A stretch of DNA of 64,000 nucleotides from contig OX597834.1 in assembly GCA_951406725.2 (NCBI GenBank), positions 32,302,001 through 32,366,000 on the forward strand, given 5' to 3'. Position 1 is the stretch's first letter. Each line of letters opens with the position of its first letter. This stretch comes from Octopus vulgaris. Taxonomy: Eukaryota. The notes under the pieces were generated by a model that saw nothing but the letters and a program-made list of their open reading frames with translations, had not been told where the DNA came from and did not search any database. Below are positions 1-12,546 of the stretch, in pieces. The translations under genes were made by a program, and so were the position numbers.

Positions 1-262
1 ACGGAAACTGAAAGAAGCCTGTCGTATATATGTATATATATGTATATGTATGTGTGTGTCTGTGTTTGTCCTCCTAGCATTGCTTGACAACCGATGCTGG
101 TGTGTTTACATCCCCGTCACTTAGCGGTTCGGCAAAAGAGACCGATAGAATAAGTACTGGGCTTACAAAGAATAAGTCTCGGGGTCGATTTGCTCGACTA
201 AAGGCGGTGCTCCAGCATGGCTGCAGTCAAAATGACTGAAACAAGTAAAAGAGTAAAAGAGA
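1..262 (+). mobile_element. SINE family A (tRNA-headed, CORE-like), 3' part
   Basis: Matches the body and GTAAAAGA-repeat tail of full copies such as 10830-11267. Confidence 0.85.
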
Positions 263-486
263 GAGAGTTAAATCTTAGCCTGGCATTCAATCGACCTCCG
301 TATATGACTGGTATTTCATTTTATCGACCTCAAAAAGAAAGAATGGCAAAGGGGGTGTCGACAGTTCAGTAAAATTTGGTAAGTGGAAAAGGTGCATAAC
401 GCCGGTCGGGCGCATTTGTGTACATGTGTGTGCGCGCGTGCAAGTATACCTGCATGTATGTATATGTGTGTGTGTGTAAGCATGTG

Positions 487-728
487 TCTATGTACGTGTT
501 TCTATGTTTGAAGGTATATGTGAATGTATGTGTGTATGTATGTGTGCCTGTGCGTACGTAGATATGTATGGATGTATGTATGTAAGTATGAATGTATGTA
601 TGTATGTATGTATTATATATGTGTGTGTGTATGTATGTATGTATGCATGTATGTATGTATGTAAGTATATGGATGTATGTATGAATGTATGTATGTATGT
701 ATGTATGTATGTATGTATGTATGTATGG

Positions 729-759
<31 letters not shown>

Positions 760-781
760 TGTATGTATGTATGTATGTATG

Positions 782-834
<53 letters not shown>
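487..834. repeat. (TATG)n/(TA)n microsatellite
   Basis: Direct reading. Confidence 0.95.
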
Positions 835-837
<3 letters not shown>

Positions 838-1176
838 TGAATGCATGTATTTCCGTACACATACACGCATATACGACGTATGTGCACACACACACGTGCA
901 TGCAGACGCCACGGATATGATTAACGTGGATCTTATTACCAACGAAACTTGACGAATGTCTTACATTTTACGAAAGTTCCTTTGACAGCTTGTAAGTGTA
1001 ATCTTCTGATTAGGCGTGTTCTTTCTGGTTTTGTGAATCTCAGCTTCTCAAGATTCGTGTCGAAGCAGTCATCACGTAGCCAAACACTTCGGTAATTATT
1101 CGCAGAAACTACAATTGTTGCTTGTTTGTTTGAATAGTTGGACGGATGGTCGGACGGATGGATGCTTTTTCTTTAC

Positions 1177-1735
1177 GTATGTATGTATGTATGTATGTAT
1201 GTAGGTAGGTAGGTAGGTAGGTAGGTAGGTATGTAGGTATGTATGTATGTATGTATGTATAGGTAGGTAGGTAGGTAGGTAGGTAGGTAAATAGGTAGGT
1301 AGGTATGTAGGTAGGTAGGTAAATAGGTAAGTAGGTAGGTAAGTAGGTGGTTAGGTAGGTAGGTAGGTATGTAGATAAGTAGGTAGGAAGGTAGGTATGT
1401 AGGTAGGTAGGTAGGTAGGTAAATAGGTAGGTAGGTAGGTAAATAGGTAGGTAGGTAGGTAAATAGGTAGGTAAGTAGGTGGTTGGGTAGGTAGGTTGGT
1501 AGGTAAGTAGGTGGTTGGGTAGGTAGGTAAATATGTAGGTAGGTAAATAGGTAGGTAGGTAAGAAGGTAAGAAGGTAGGTATGTAGGTAGGTAAGTAGGT
1601 AAATAGGTAGGTAGGTAGGTGGTTAGGTAGGTAAGTAAGTAGGAAGGTATGTATGTAGGTAGGTAGGTAGGTAAATAGGTAGGTAGGTAGGTAGGTAGGT
1701 AGGTAAGTAGGTAGGTAGGTAAGTAGGTAGGTAGG
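1177..1735. repeat. (TATG)n grading into (GTAG)n microsatellite
   Basis: Direct reading. Confidence 0.95.
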
Positions 1736-1736
1736 A

Positions 1737-1839
1737 GGCTATAGTAGAAGACACTTGCTCAAGGTGCCACGCAGTGGGACTGAACCCGGAACCATGTGGT
1801 TGGTAAACAAGCCACTTACCACACAGCCACTCCTGCGCC
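1737..1839 (-). mobile_element. SINE family A, 5' head fragment
   Basis: Reverse complement of GGCGCAGGAGTGGCTGTGTGG...GTTCAGTCCC, with A and B boxes. Confidence 0.8.
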
Positions 1840-2104
1840 TGTTTACGACGGCAAAAGAACCCGCGGAATAAGTACCAAACTTGTAAAGAAAGCACAAATT
1901 CTGGAATCGATTTCTTTAACAAAAATCCTTCAAGGAGGTGCCTCTGCATGAACGCAGTCCAATGTTTCGAACAAGTATAAGAAGATACAATAATTTTCAC
2001 CAAATTTCTTCGTACTGTAGAGGGAATATTTAGCAATTGCAAAACTTAGAGTCACTTCATTCGATAACAAATGACACCTAAAGAATACGATCGCGATTCG
2101 CTTA

Positions 2105-2692
2105 AATATTCTTTTCTGCTCTAAGCACAAGGCCCCTATATTTTGGGGGAGGGGGCCAGTCGATTAGATCGACTCCAGTACACAACTGGTATTTAATTTC
2201 TTACCCCGAAAGAAAGAAAGGCATAGTTGACCTTGGTGGAATTTGAACTCAGAACGTAAAGACAGTCGAAATACCTATTTCTTTACTATCCACAAGGGGC
2301 TAAACACAGAAGGGGACAAACAAGGACAGACAAACGGATTAAGTCGATTATATCAACCTCAGTGCGTAACTGGTACTTAATTTATCGACCCCGAAAGGAT
2401 GAAAGGCAAAGTCGACCTCGGTGGAATTTGAACGCAGAACATAAAGACAGTCGAAACACCTATTTCTTTACTACCCACAAGGGTCTAAACATAGAGGGGA
2501 CAAACAAGGACAGACAAACGGATTAAGTCGATTACATCGACCCTAGTGCGTAGCTGGTACTTTATTTATTGACCACCGAAAGGATGAAAGGCAAAGTCGA
2601 CCTCGACGGAAATTGAACTCACAACGTAACGGCAGACGAAATACCTCTAAGCATTTCGCCCGGCGTGCTAACGTTTCTGCCAGCTTGTCGCC
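2105..2692 (-). mobile_element. SINE family B with tandemly repeated body units
   Basis: Repeated unit GTCGACTTTGCCTTTCATCCTTTCGGGGTCGATAAATTAAGTACC; head GGCGACAAGCTGGCAGAAACGTTAGC. Confidence 0.85.
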
Positions 2693-3273
2693 ATCATCTT
2701 TCATTATCAACGGTGACAGAAGCCGACTTTCGAAGTTGCTCGTCATATGACAGGTAACAGTCTACTATATATAATAAATGCAAAAGAAAAGTGCTGGTCG
2801 ATGAACCAGTTTGATGTAGAATCGCTCGTATATCCAAGATTAATCTAGAAACAATCTTGAACCCAGTGTAGAAGGAACACGCCGGCATTTCAGGATCTCG
2901 ATATACATCAAACTGCAGAAATCGCAATGGTTGAACGATATCTCAGTCGCGTATTTTACACAAGTACATGAAGCGCACAACACGCGCGCGCATACAAACT
3001 CACCATCCCTCCTACACACATACATACATACACAAACGGTGCTTCACAGTTACATATAGAGACGTAGATACAGTCATGCATACACGGACATACACCTATT
3101 CAGACACACAAAAATACTGTGGGTACAAATATATGTATACGCGGGCGCGCGTGTCCGTCTGTATATACATACATATAATCCGTATTAGATAAAGAGAAGA
3201 ATATGGAGAGTTACTGGTTAACATTTATTTATTAATAATTTTATATATATATGTATACACACACACACACACA

Positions 3274-3309
<36 letters not shown>

Positions 3310-3759
3310 TGTATGTATGTATGTATGTATATGTATATGTATTTATATTTGTTAATATATATATATATAAATTGATAATCATATATATATGTATATATAT
3401 ATACACATATACATACACGCACACATACACAGATATATTCACATATATATGTACGTAGTAAAATCCATGTGTATGTGTGCGTGTGCGCGCGTTTGCTTAC
3501 ACGTGCATGTATATGTATAAATAGTATATGTATGTATGTATGTATGTAAATATATAAATGTATAAGAGAGGGAGAGAAAGAGAGAAAGAAAGAGAAGGAG
3601 TGAGAACAGAGAGAGAGAGAGAGTACATGAGTACATGTCACTTGGAGGTGAGGCAGAGAGACAGCCGGCCTCATCTGGCTCTTTTCTTCATCTTCGCGAT
3701 ATATGAGTGACTGTGTTTATTTACATTAGAAAAATCAGGGCATTTAGTGTTTGTCGGGT

Positions 3760-4500
3760 GGTCGGGTGGTGGGTATGTGACGTGTGTGTGTGCGTGAAAG
3801 AGAGAGAGAGAGAGAGACAGAGAGACAGAGAGAGAAAGAGTGAAAGAGTGTGTGATAGAGACAAAGAATGTGATATGAAAGAGAGAGAGAGTGTGTGAGA
3901 AAGAGAGAGAGAGAGGGAGAGAGAGAATGAGTGATAATGAAACAGAGCGAAAGGGAGAGAGAGAGGGAGGAAGGGAAGGAGAGAGAGAATGAATGTGCTA
4001 AAGTGAGAAAGCGATAGAGTGATAATAAGTGAGACAAAGGGAGTGAGAGTGAGAAGGGGGGATAGAGAGAGAAATAGGGAATGATAGTGAGTGAGAGAGA
4101 GAGAGAGAATGTATGATGATGAGAGAGAGGGTTGAGGCAAGAGAGAGGAAGAGAGATGAGAGCGGTACTCCATGGGTGCATGTGTGTGCGAGTTTCTGGG
4201 TGCGTGGGTACATGCACCTGTGTATGTACGCCTGCGGGTGTATGTGCGGGTCTGTGTGTGCATGTGGCTGTGTGTGTGTATGTGTGTGTGTGTGCGTGTG
4301 TGTGTGCATGTGTCTCTGTGTGTGTGTGTGTGTCTGTGTGTGTGTGTGAATCCGTGTGTGTGTGTGTGTGTGTGTGCATGTGTCTGTGTGTGCATGTGTA
4401 TGTGTGTGTGTCTGCGTGTGTGTATGTGCATGTCTGTGTGTGTATGTGCATGTGTGTGTGTCTGCGTGTGTGTGTGTGTATCGGCGTGTGAGTGTGACAG
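3760..4500. repeat. (GA)n and (GT)n low-complexity tract
   Basis: Direct reading. Confidence 0.9.
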
Positions 4501-4851
4501 GTGTTGCGATTATAGAGAGAGGAAAGCAAACGGGTAGGGAGTTGTCTTTGCTGGGTAGACAGGGTGTGTGTGTGTGTTAGAGCATAGGCGTGTGGTGAGA
4601 TGGAGGTAGCGGGTAGTGATGATGGGAGATGGAGGTTACATTGTTGACTGAAGGTGGTGGTGGTGGCGATGACGATGGTACGGAGGAGGAGGAGGCGGTG
4701 GAGGAGCAAGGTAGTTTGGCTGGCATCCTTTGATGTCGACGGAGTCACTTTATAACACTTACCTACTTTATCTCCTCTTCTATCAACTCCCCTCCCCACC
4801 CCCACCTCATCTGCTTCACAATCTGCGCTCGCACGCACATACACAAAATGC

Positions 4852-4893
<42 letters not shown>

Positions 4894-4904
4894 ATATATT
4901 GCAT

Positions 4905-4967
4905 GAATATATTCACACACACACACACATATATATGAATACAAATACGCACTCACACACACACATA

Positions 4968-5002
<35 letters not shown>

Positions 5003-5155
5003 GAATACAAATACGCACTCACACACACACATATGCACACACACACACACACATATATATGAATACAAATACGCACTCACACACACACATATGCACACAC
5101 ACACACACACACACACATATATGAATACAAATACGCACTCACACACACACATATG

Positions 5156-5186
<31 letters not shown>

Positions 5187-5465
5187 GAATACAAATACGC
5201 ACTCACACACACACACATATGCACACACACACACACACACATATATATGAATACAAATACGCACTCACACACACACATATGCGCACACACACACACACAC
5301 ACACATATATGTATACAAATACGCACTCACACACACACATATGCGCGCACACACACACACACACACATATATGTATACAAATACGCACTCACACACACAC
5401 ATATGCGCGCACACACACACACACACACATATATGTATACAAATACGCACTCACACACACACACA
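4905..5465. repeat. Compound minisatellite, ~56-64 bp unit ATACAAATACGCACT(CA)nTATGC(AC)n, about 9 copies
   Basis: Unit core recurs at about 60-bp intervals. Confidence 0.9.
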
Positions 5466-6199
5466 TGTACGCAAGCACGCAAAGCTTAGCAGTTAAGCAA
5501 CAGAAACTTCAAAACAATATGAATATATTATTTGTATTCTTTTCTTTTTGTCTTTTTCAATGTCGCACCTTCTCACTGTGTATCTGTATATATATATATA
5601 TATATACATATATACACGCATGTATGTATGTATCTATGTATGTAAGTATGTATGTGTGTATGTATGTGTGTGTGTATGTATGTATGTATCTAACTGCCTG
5701 TTTGTCTATCTGTCTCTCTTTTTTTCTCTATATCTACACGGGTGTGTATGATTGTGCGTGTGTGTGTGTGTGTGTATATATTTATACACACACACATACA
5801 CAAATATATATATATATATAGCACATAACCAAATGTTATATATATATATATATATATATATTTATACACACACACACACATATATAACATTTGGTTATAT
5901 GCTACTTCGTATTTGGTTCCGTGTTACTTCAAGTTTCGCAGGCCTGACGGGGGCCCGGATCTTTCTGGAATACCTTTTTCGTGCGTCCACCCACTCCTAT
6001 ATACTCACATACAACCACACACACAGTTTCAGGGAGATAAGAGCTGAGGGTACGTGTTTCTGTCTCAGTAGCTATCATCAACACAGCAACTGTCTGATCT
6101 TATCTCAATACAAAAGATAGCAGAGCACATTTATAGCCTTAGTTATTTACATAAGAGAAATTACACAGTGCGGTTAATGCCATAGACAAATACATGAAG

Positions 6200-6605
6200 G
6201 GGATCTTTTCGGTTTGACCGGCAGTTTTTAAAAATAATTTCCACGTAACTAAACACTTTTAAACTTCGTATACTGGTAGAATGTGTTTATAAAATATCTT
6301 TTTCTCTTGGCTTTATTGAGAAAATTCTATGGTTTGTAAGATATTTGTTGTTTTTTTCTTCAATTTCTGCAATTTCAACCAATAATGACGTCTATTGAGG
6401 TAAAAAAGATTCTGTGCCGTATGAACATGTCCCTCGTTTAAGAAACAGATTGGGTTTATTTACATTTGTGAAAAAAAAAAGATACCCTTCCTCTAACCCT
6501 AACCCAGATTGAAAAGCAATAGATCGATACTAGGGTCATAATTATGGGTGACAATTTTATATGGCACCGCTAGAATAAAACTGCCGTTCAAACCGAAAAG
6601 ATCCC
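6200..6605. mobile_element. MITE / non-autonomous DNA transposon with ~29-bp TIRs and a 6-bp TSD
   Basis: TIR GGGATCTTTTCGGTTTGAnCGGCAGTTTT at both ends; ATGAAG duplicated at 6194-6199 and 6606-6611. Confidence 0.88.
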
Positions 6606-6951
6606 ATGAAGGACAAGTTTTAACAAACTGCCTTCACTGCCTTGTGTGATTGACCTAGCGACTGAACCCGCATGACTACACCTTCCATTACTAACCATCT
6701 ATCCAATCACCAATTGGCCCGTATGAAAATTAAAGGTGAAAATTAAGACTCTTAAACTTTTCCTACCGATTTCTCTGTTTTCGTTAGACTATTTCACGGG
6801 TGATAACTCGATCACTCATTATCTCGGAGCAGGAGATAACTCGATCAGTATATTTTAAAAGACCATTGATAAGTAAGCATTATTGGTTTCCCCCCACCCT
6901 CAAAATCATTAAAATCTTTATTTAGCGTATTCTTCTGCCATCAGTTAATTA

Positions 6952-7364
6952 CCTATTTCTTTACTACCCACAAGGGGCTAAACACAGAGGGGACAAACAA
7001 AGACAGACAAACGGATTAAGTCGATTATATCGACCCCAGTGCGTTACTAGTACTTATTTAATCGACCCCGAAAGGATGAAAGGCAAAGTCGATCTCGGCG
7101 GAATTTGAACTCAGAACGTAACGGCAGACGAAATACCTATTTCTTTACTACCCACAAAGGGCTAAACACAGAGAGGACAAACAAGGATAGAGAAATGGAT
7201 TAAGTCGATTATATCGACCCCAGTGCGTAACTGGTACTTATTTCATCGACCCCGAAAGGATGAAAGGCAAAGTCGACCTCGTCGGAATTTGAACTCAGAA
7301 CGTAGCAACAGACGAAATACCACTAAGCATTTCGCCCGGCGTGCTAACGTTTCTGCCAGCTCGC
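6952..7364 (-). mobile_element. SINE family B with two tandem body units
   Basis: Same consensus as 2105-2692. Confidence 0.85.
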
Positions 7365-7984
7365 CTGCAAGTACAGTATTGTGATGGGAAGCATGTCACG
7401 AACAGTAAATGAAGTGGAGCAAAATCTGCCGCGTTCTGGCCGAGCCCACCACATTGACTTCCTCTGTAACTACCATCCGAAAATGTAGATGTACAGGAAT
7501 AGGATGGACGGTAGCAGAAAATGCTCTATGCCCAAACTATTAAACTACTGCCCCTAATATCCATTACGATTTAATGTTAGCACATAGGAACCTCTACGTG
7601 GTCACACGCGCTACTGAAAATAACAGCAAAATCTCCCTGAAAGCAAAAATTACTGTCTTAAATAAAATAAGGACACATCCAGTGGCACAGAGTGTGTGTG
7701 CCGCGCTGAATAGTTGAGCTTTGCGGTGCCTCCTACCACCGGCGCGTGCGCCCTCTATACAGGTTCAGATCCAAAAATGCCATTAGCTCTCACCATAAAA
7801 AGTGTCGCCCGGGGCGGAGTAAAGACGGACGAAATGCTGTTAAACGTTTTTCTCGGCGTGCTAACGATTCTGCGAACTCGTCGCCTGAAAATATTAACTG
7901 TTAATTCATTTGGATTTCTTTAGAGCAGCATAAAAAAAGGTCTCGCGGTGTTTATTTACATTGATCTTGAAATAATGTTTAAAC

Positions 7985-8204
7985 ATCTTTTCATTTTGAA
8001 GGCCAGATTTTCCTAGTTAACTAAACAATTTGAAACTTCGTATACTGGTAGAATGTGTCAAAAGAAAACAATATTGTAAACAAAATTGAAAACAAAATTT
8101 CAATTTTGTTTACAATAATGTTTTCTTTTGACACATTCTACCAGTATACGAAGTTTCAAATTGTTTAGTTAACTAGGAAAATCTGGCCTTCAAAATGAAA
8201 AGAT
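7985..8204. repeat. Near-perfect foldback palindrome (107-bp arms, 6-nt loop) related to the MITE at 6200
   Basis: Arms 7985-8091 and 8098-8204 with one mismatch; shares TAACTAAAC..AAACTTCGTATACTGGTAGAATGTGT and the GATCCC end with the MITE. Confidence 0.9.
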
Positions 8205-8491
8205 CCCAAGTTTTAGAGAATAGTAAAAGACACGCGGGTTGAAAGAATCGCTGCAGAGGTCACTGGTGTGTGACGAAAGATTTCCAAACAATGGACATAA
8301 GATAAAATAATAATAATAATAATAATAAATAAATAAATATATAGTGCGTGTGCTTCTTTGCCAAGAAAAGAAAGAAAAAAAAGCCATCCCAAATATAAGT
8401 TTTAGAGTTATCTCCCTTTAACCTTCAACAGTTCTCTTCGCTTTGTTTCTTAAACAAAAGCTTGATAATTGTGATTATATTGTGGTTATAG

Positions 8492-8584
8492 GCTTGGCTT
8501 GCTGATAAGAAGGGAGAGATCTTGTCATTTTCATCCGACCACTTGAAGTTTTTCAAATTTTTCCCTGATTATTTTTTAAAAAAG
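8492..8584 (+). CDS. Orphan candidate exon (AWLADKKGEILSFSSDHLKFFKFFPDYFLKK), phase 0 to 0; gene assignment unknown
   Basis: ttatag acceptor, 93 nt open, donor AAG|GTAATT, non-repetitive context; no recognisable homology. Confidence 0.3.
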
Positions 8585-8955
8585 GTAATTATGACGAACG
8601 CTGCATTCATTAATTTATTCTAAGAATTAATTAGTAAAAGTATTTGGTGTTATGCAATTTTACCCGATCGAAAAGAGTCAATGCTGACGTGGTCATGGAG
8701 ATCAGCGTATACAGCGAAGTCGAAACCGATACATCGTTTCTCTACATACTAGAAATACAGCAAAATTGTCATTCTACCACAATATAACGTTTTAAAAAAA
8801 CATAAAAACAAATTGAAAAGCAAAAAGTATGAGACATAACATAGCGGAGTTGGGAGTATTGGTCTTATTTTTTCATTCATAAATACAGCGCCAATGCATC
8901 GTAATATGATCCTAAATTCACAGCGACACTAAATAAATCTTTATGCATACATACA

Positions 8956-8989
<34 letters not shown>

Positions 8990-9189
8990 CTTACACGCGC
9001 GTGTGTGCGTGTGTGTACGTGTGTGTGTGTGTGTGTAATCATAAGATACATTGTATGTATTAATAACAAAAATGTACTTAGCGTATTTCAGAGTAGAATG
9101 TGTAATGATAAATATGGAGGAGGAGGGGGAGGAAAGGCACCAGTGGAAAGAGAACAGAGAACCAGATACCAACATTGAATTTCTGTTGG

Positions 9190-9950
9190 AAGAAAAAAAA
9201 AATTACATTTCTGCTCGGTGGGTGCCATGTCTTCCAACACCTGATCAAAAGTGTGTTAGGTTGATCACATCATGGAAAAATCTGACACTGTTTGAAGCAG
9301 TACCAGCTGGTTTCCATGGACGTTTCCTAATCCAGGATGAGTGTTGGATTCATCACTTTGAACCAGAGACAAAAAGACAATCCATACAGTGGAAACCCCT
9401 TCTCACCTGCTCAAAAGAAACCAGGATCGTTTCATCTGTGGAGAAGGTGATAAACTCCATTTTTTTGAGATGCAAAAGGCATTGTATTTATTTATTATTT
9501 TCAAAGAGCCACAGCATCAATGGAGATTACCCTGCCAACATGCTGAAGCTGTTACGAAAGGCTATCAAGACCACACGCCCAAGAAAACTGACAAAAAGGA
9601 TCTTGTTTCATCAGGACAATGCTTCAGCACACAAGTCTTTTGTTTCAATGGCTGTGGTATATAAATGTGGTTTTGAACTGGCTGATCACTGTCCTTATTC
9701 TCCTAATTTGGCCCCATCTGATTATCATCTGTACTCCAACATAAAAAAAATTCTTGGCTGGGAAACAGTAACGTAGTGATGATGAAGTCATATCTGCTGC
9801 TGAAATTTTTGAGCAACAAGATGAAAGCTTCTTCGGCAATAGGATCCAAGCACTGCAATACCAGTGGAAGAAGTGTGTGGATCACAAGGGAGACAATGTT
9901 GAGAAATAACCTCATTTGGTCAGACTCTGAGAGAGTATCTTGGTCAGCTG
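9190..9950 (+). mobile_element. Mariner (DD34D-type) transposase fossil, 5'-truncated and frameshifted
   Basis: Motifs SARWVP, QDECWIHHFEPETKRQS.QW, LFHQDNASAH, PYSPNLAPSDYHLY and QWKKCVDHKGDNVEK*. Confidence 0.92.
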
Positions 9951-9984
9951 ACCTTTGTATTATGGCCATATTCTATTATGCTCA

Positions 9985-10195
9985 GATGTGGAAAACATGA
10001 AGATGGAAGGAAGAATAAAGGGCATTAGATGAAGAGGCAGGCAAAGGACACAATAGCTGGACAATAGCAAGAATTGGGCGGACAAAAGTGGCAAGGCAGT
10101 TGGAGAGCTCAAACTTAATCAGGAAGACTTTCGTTGCAATGTCGTCAATACACTGCAGTCCTATGGTACTTGACAATGATGGCAACACCCTAAAC
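9985..10195 (+). mobile_element. RTE-like LINE 3' ORF remnant
   Basis: Degenerate MEGRIKG.R.RGRQR..LD..K.W C-terminal motif. Confidence 0.5.
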
Positions 10196-10232
10196 ATGCG
10201 CCCTTGAAATAATATATATATAAACTTAAATG

Positions 10233-10462
10233 CGGCGAGCTGGCAGAATCGTTAGCGCGCCGGGCGAAATGCGTAGCCGTATTTCGTCTGCCATTACATT
10301 CTGAGTTCAAATTTCACCGAGATCGACTTTGCCTTTCATTCTTTCGGGGTCGATCAAATAAGTACCAGTTACGCACTGGGGTCGATATAATCGACTTAAT
10401 CCGTTTGTCTGCCCTTGTTTGTCTTCTCTGTGTTCAGCCCCTTGTGGGTAGTAAAGAAACAG
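10233..10462 (+). mobile_element. SINE family B
   Basis: Head plus one body unit. Confidence 0.85.
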
Positions 10463-10829
10463 AAGTGATATATATATAAACTTAATCACCTCCTCACTCA
10501 AACACACACATCTAAAGATGATTGTAACTCAGCCAAGACTAACTCTAAAGGCAAGACTAACTCTAATTCTCTGCAGTCTGACGGTGGTAGTGGTGTTGGT
10601 GGTGGTGCTGCAGCTGTGCTGCTGCTGCCACTGCCCCTGATGCTGGCATTGGCTGATGAATAGAGCTGAATCACTCTGTGAGAAAATGGTTTTCATAATC
10701 ATGCAGAAATGAGTATTAAAACAGTTTTCTCACTGAATTTCCGTTGTTTGTCCCATCTTTATTGTCCCATCCACTGTGACAGAGGAATACAATTCTACAG
10801 AGCAAAATTTCCAAAATTTATTCAGTATA

Positions 10830-11002
10830 GGCACAGGAGTGGCTGTGTGGTAAGTAGCTTGCTTACTAACCACATGGTTCCGGGTTCAGTCCCACTGCGT
10901 GGCATCATGGGCAAGTGTCTTCTGCTATAGCCCCAGGCCGACCAATGCCTTGTGAGTGGATTTGGTAAACGGAAACTGAAAGAAGCCTGTCGTATATATG
11001 TG

Positions 11003-11047
<45 letters not shown>

Positions 11048-11267
11048 ATGTGTGTATATGTTTGTGTGTCTGTGTTTGTTCCCCCTACCATTGCTTGACA
11101 ACCGATGCTGGTGTGTTTACATCCCTGTCTCTTAGCGGTTCGGCAAAAGAGACCGATAGAATAAGTACTGGGCTTACAAAGAATAAGTCCGGGGGTCGAT
11201 TTGCTCGACTAAAGGCGGTGCTCCAGCATGGCCGCAGTCAAATGACTGAAACAAGTAAAAGAGTAAA
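10830..11267 (+). mobile_element. SINE family A, full length
   Basis: tRNA-like A box TGGCTGTGTGG, B box GTTCAGTCC, CORE-like TGGGCAAGTGTCTT, internal (TA)n and GTAAAAGA tail. Confidence 0.9.
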
Positions 11268-11795
11268 GTGCATACCAAAAGGTCCAGGCATCTAATCTGA
11301 CTTCCTTACAGTGCAAGCAATCTACCACCTGGAATTGGTACTTTTTGATCCTTTTTTTTACAAGCCCCATAAGGATGGAAAGTAAAGTTAGCCTCTATGG
11401 GATTTGAACTCAGGGCACCAAGTACCAGAAAAAAAAATATGACTTACTTCAATCTCACTATGGCAGGGAGCTGAAGGTAAAGTATGACAAAAGTCATGGG
11501 CACTGTCTCTTCCTCTTGAATAACAAAACAAAAAAAAGGGAGGGGGAAAGGGTTTATGACTGGAACCCCTATTTGATTGTTCAAATTGCTAGAACTAGCA
11601 GTTAAGTTTCCTGCAGATTTTGTCTTCTAGTTTTACAAAGAAAGGAAGGATGTTGGGTTATATGGTCTCAGAAAAGACACTCTCTCTGCTGGTGAGGCAG
11701 GATGATCATGGTTGGAATCATGGTCTTATAGTGGCTATATATCAAGTGGGTCATGCTGACCTAGCAGTAAACAACAATAATGAATACATATGTAT

Positions 11796-11828
<33 letters not shown>

Positions 11829-12208
11829 CACACATGCATACACACACATGCATACACCATGCATACACACAATCACATATATTTGTGTGTGTGTGTGTGT
11901 GTGTGATGCATATCACAAATAGAATATATATCTGTGTGCTTATGTACATATGTATGTATGCATATCTATCTATCTGTCTGTCTATCATGCTGTCTGTCTG
12001 TCATCCTGTCTGTCTGTCTATCATCCTGTCTGTCTGTCTGTCTGTTTATCTATCTATCGATCTATGTCTATCTATCTATTGATCTATCAATCTGTTTATT
12101 AATCTATATATGTATGTCTGTGTGTGTGTGCGTGTGTGTGTGTGAGTGTAAATATGCATGTATATTTGTATGTATGTATGTATGTATGTATGTATGAGTG
12201 TACATACA

Positions 12209-12252
<44 letters not shown>

Positions 12253-12546
12253 AACACACACACACACACACACAAGTAGGGCAAAGATATTTGTGCAGCT
12301 GTAAAGAACATGCCTGGACTTGCCGATTCAGGTTTAGAATAGGATGGGCCGTTTAGAGAGGGTGAAGCAGCGAAGACAAGAGACATCGTTAAAGCAATAA
12401 AAAAAGAAAAAAATGGGAATACGTCACAACAACAACAACAACAACAACAACAGTGATAAAAAAAAACCCAGAAAAAAAACAATATCAGAAAAACATCAAC
12501 AACAGTCACAACAATAACAACAACATCAACAAATACTACAGCAGCA

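Noticed and set aside
2694-2970. Unique CpG-rich segment with short ORFs on both strands
   Set aside because: No frame with both good splice sites and a recognisable product.
7384-7488. Short ORF MGSMSRTVNEVEQ... as a myristoylated NSMF-like N-terminus
   Set aside because: Ends in a stop after ~34 codons, has only weak donor candidates and no recognisable similarity.
9051-9776. 241-aa ORF as a functional transposase or SETMAR-like gene
   Set aside because: N-terminus is unrelated flanking DNA, internal segments are frameshifted, and the C-terminus is in another frame; a fossil.
10495-10680. Open frames on both strands (e.g. minus VIQLYSSANASIRGSGSSSTAAAPPP...)
   Set aside because: Explained by GGT/GCT low complexity and a short duplication; no partner exons found.
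12276-12410. Unique island between microsatellites as an exon
   Set aside because: No convincing acceptor and donor pair with an open frame on either strand.
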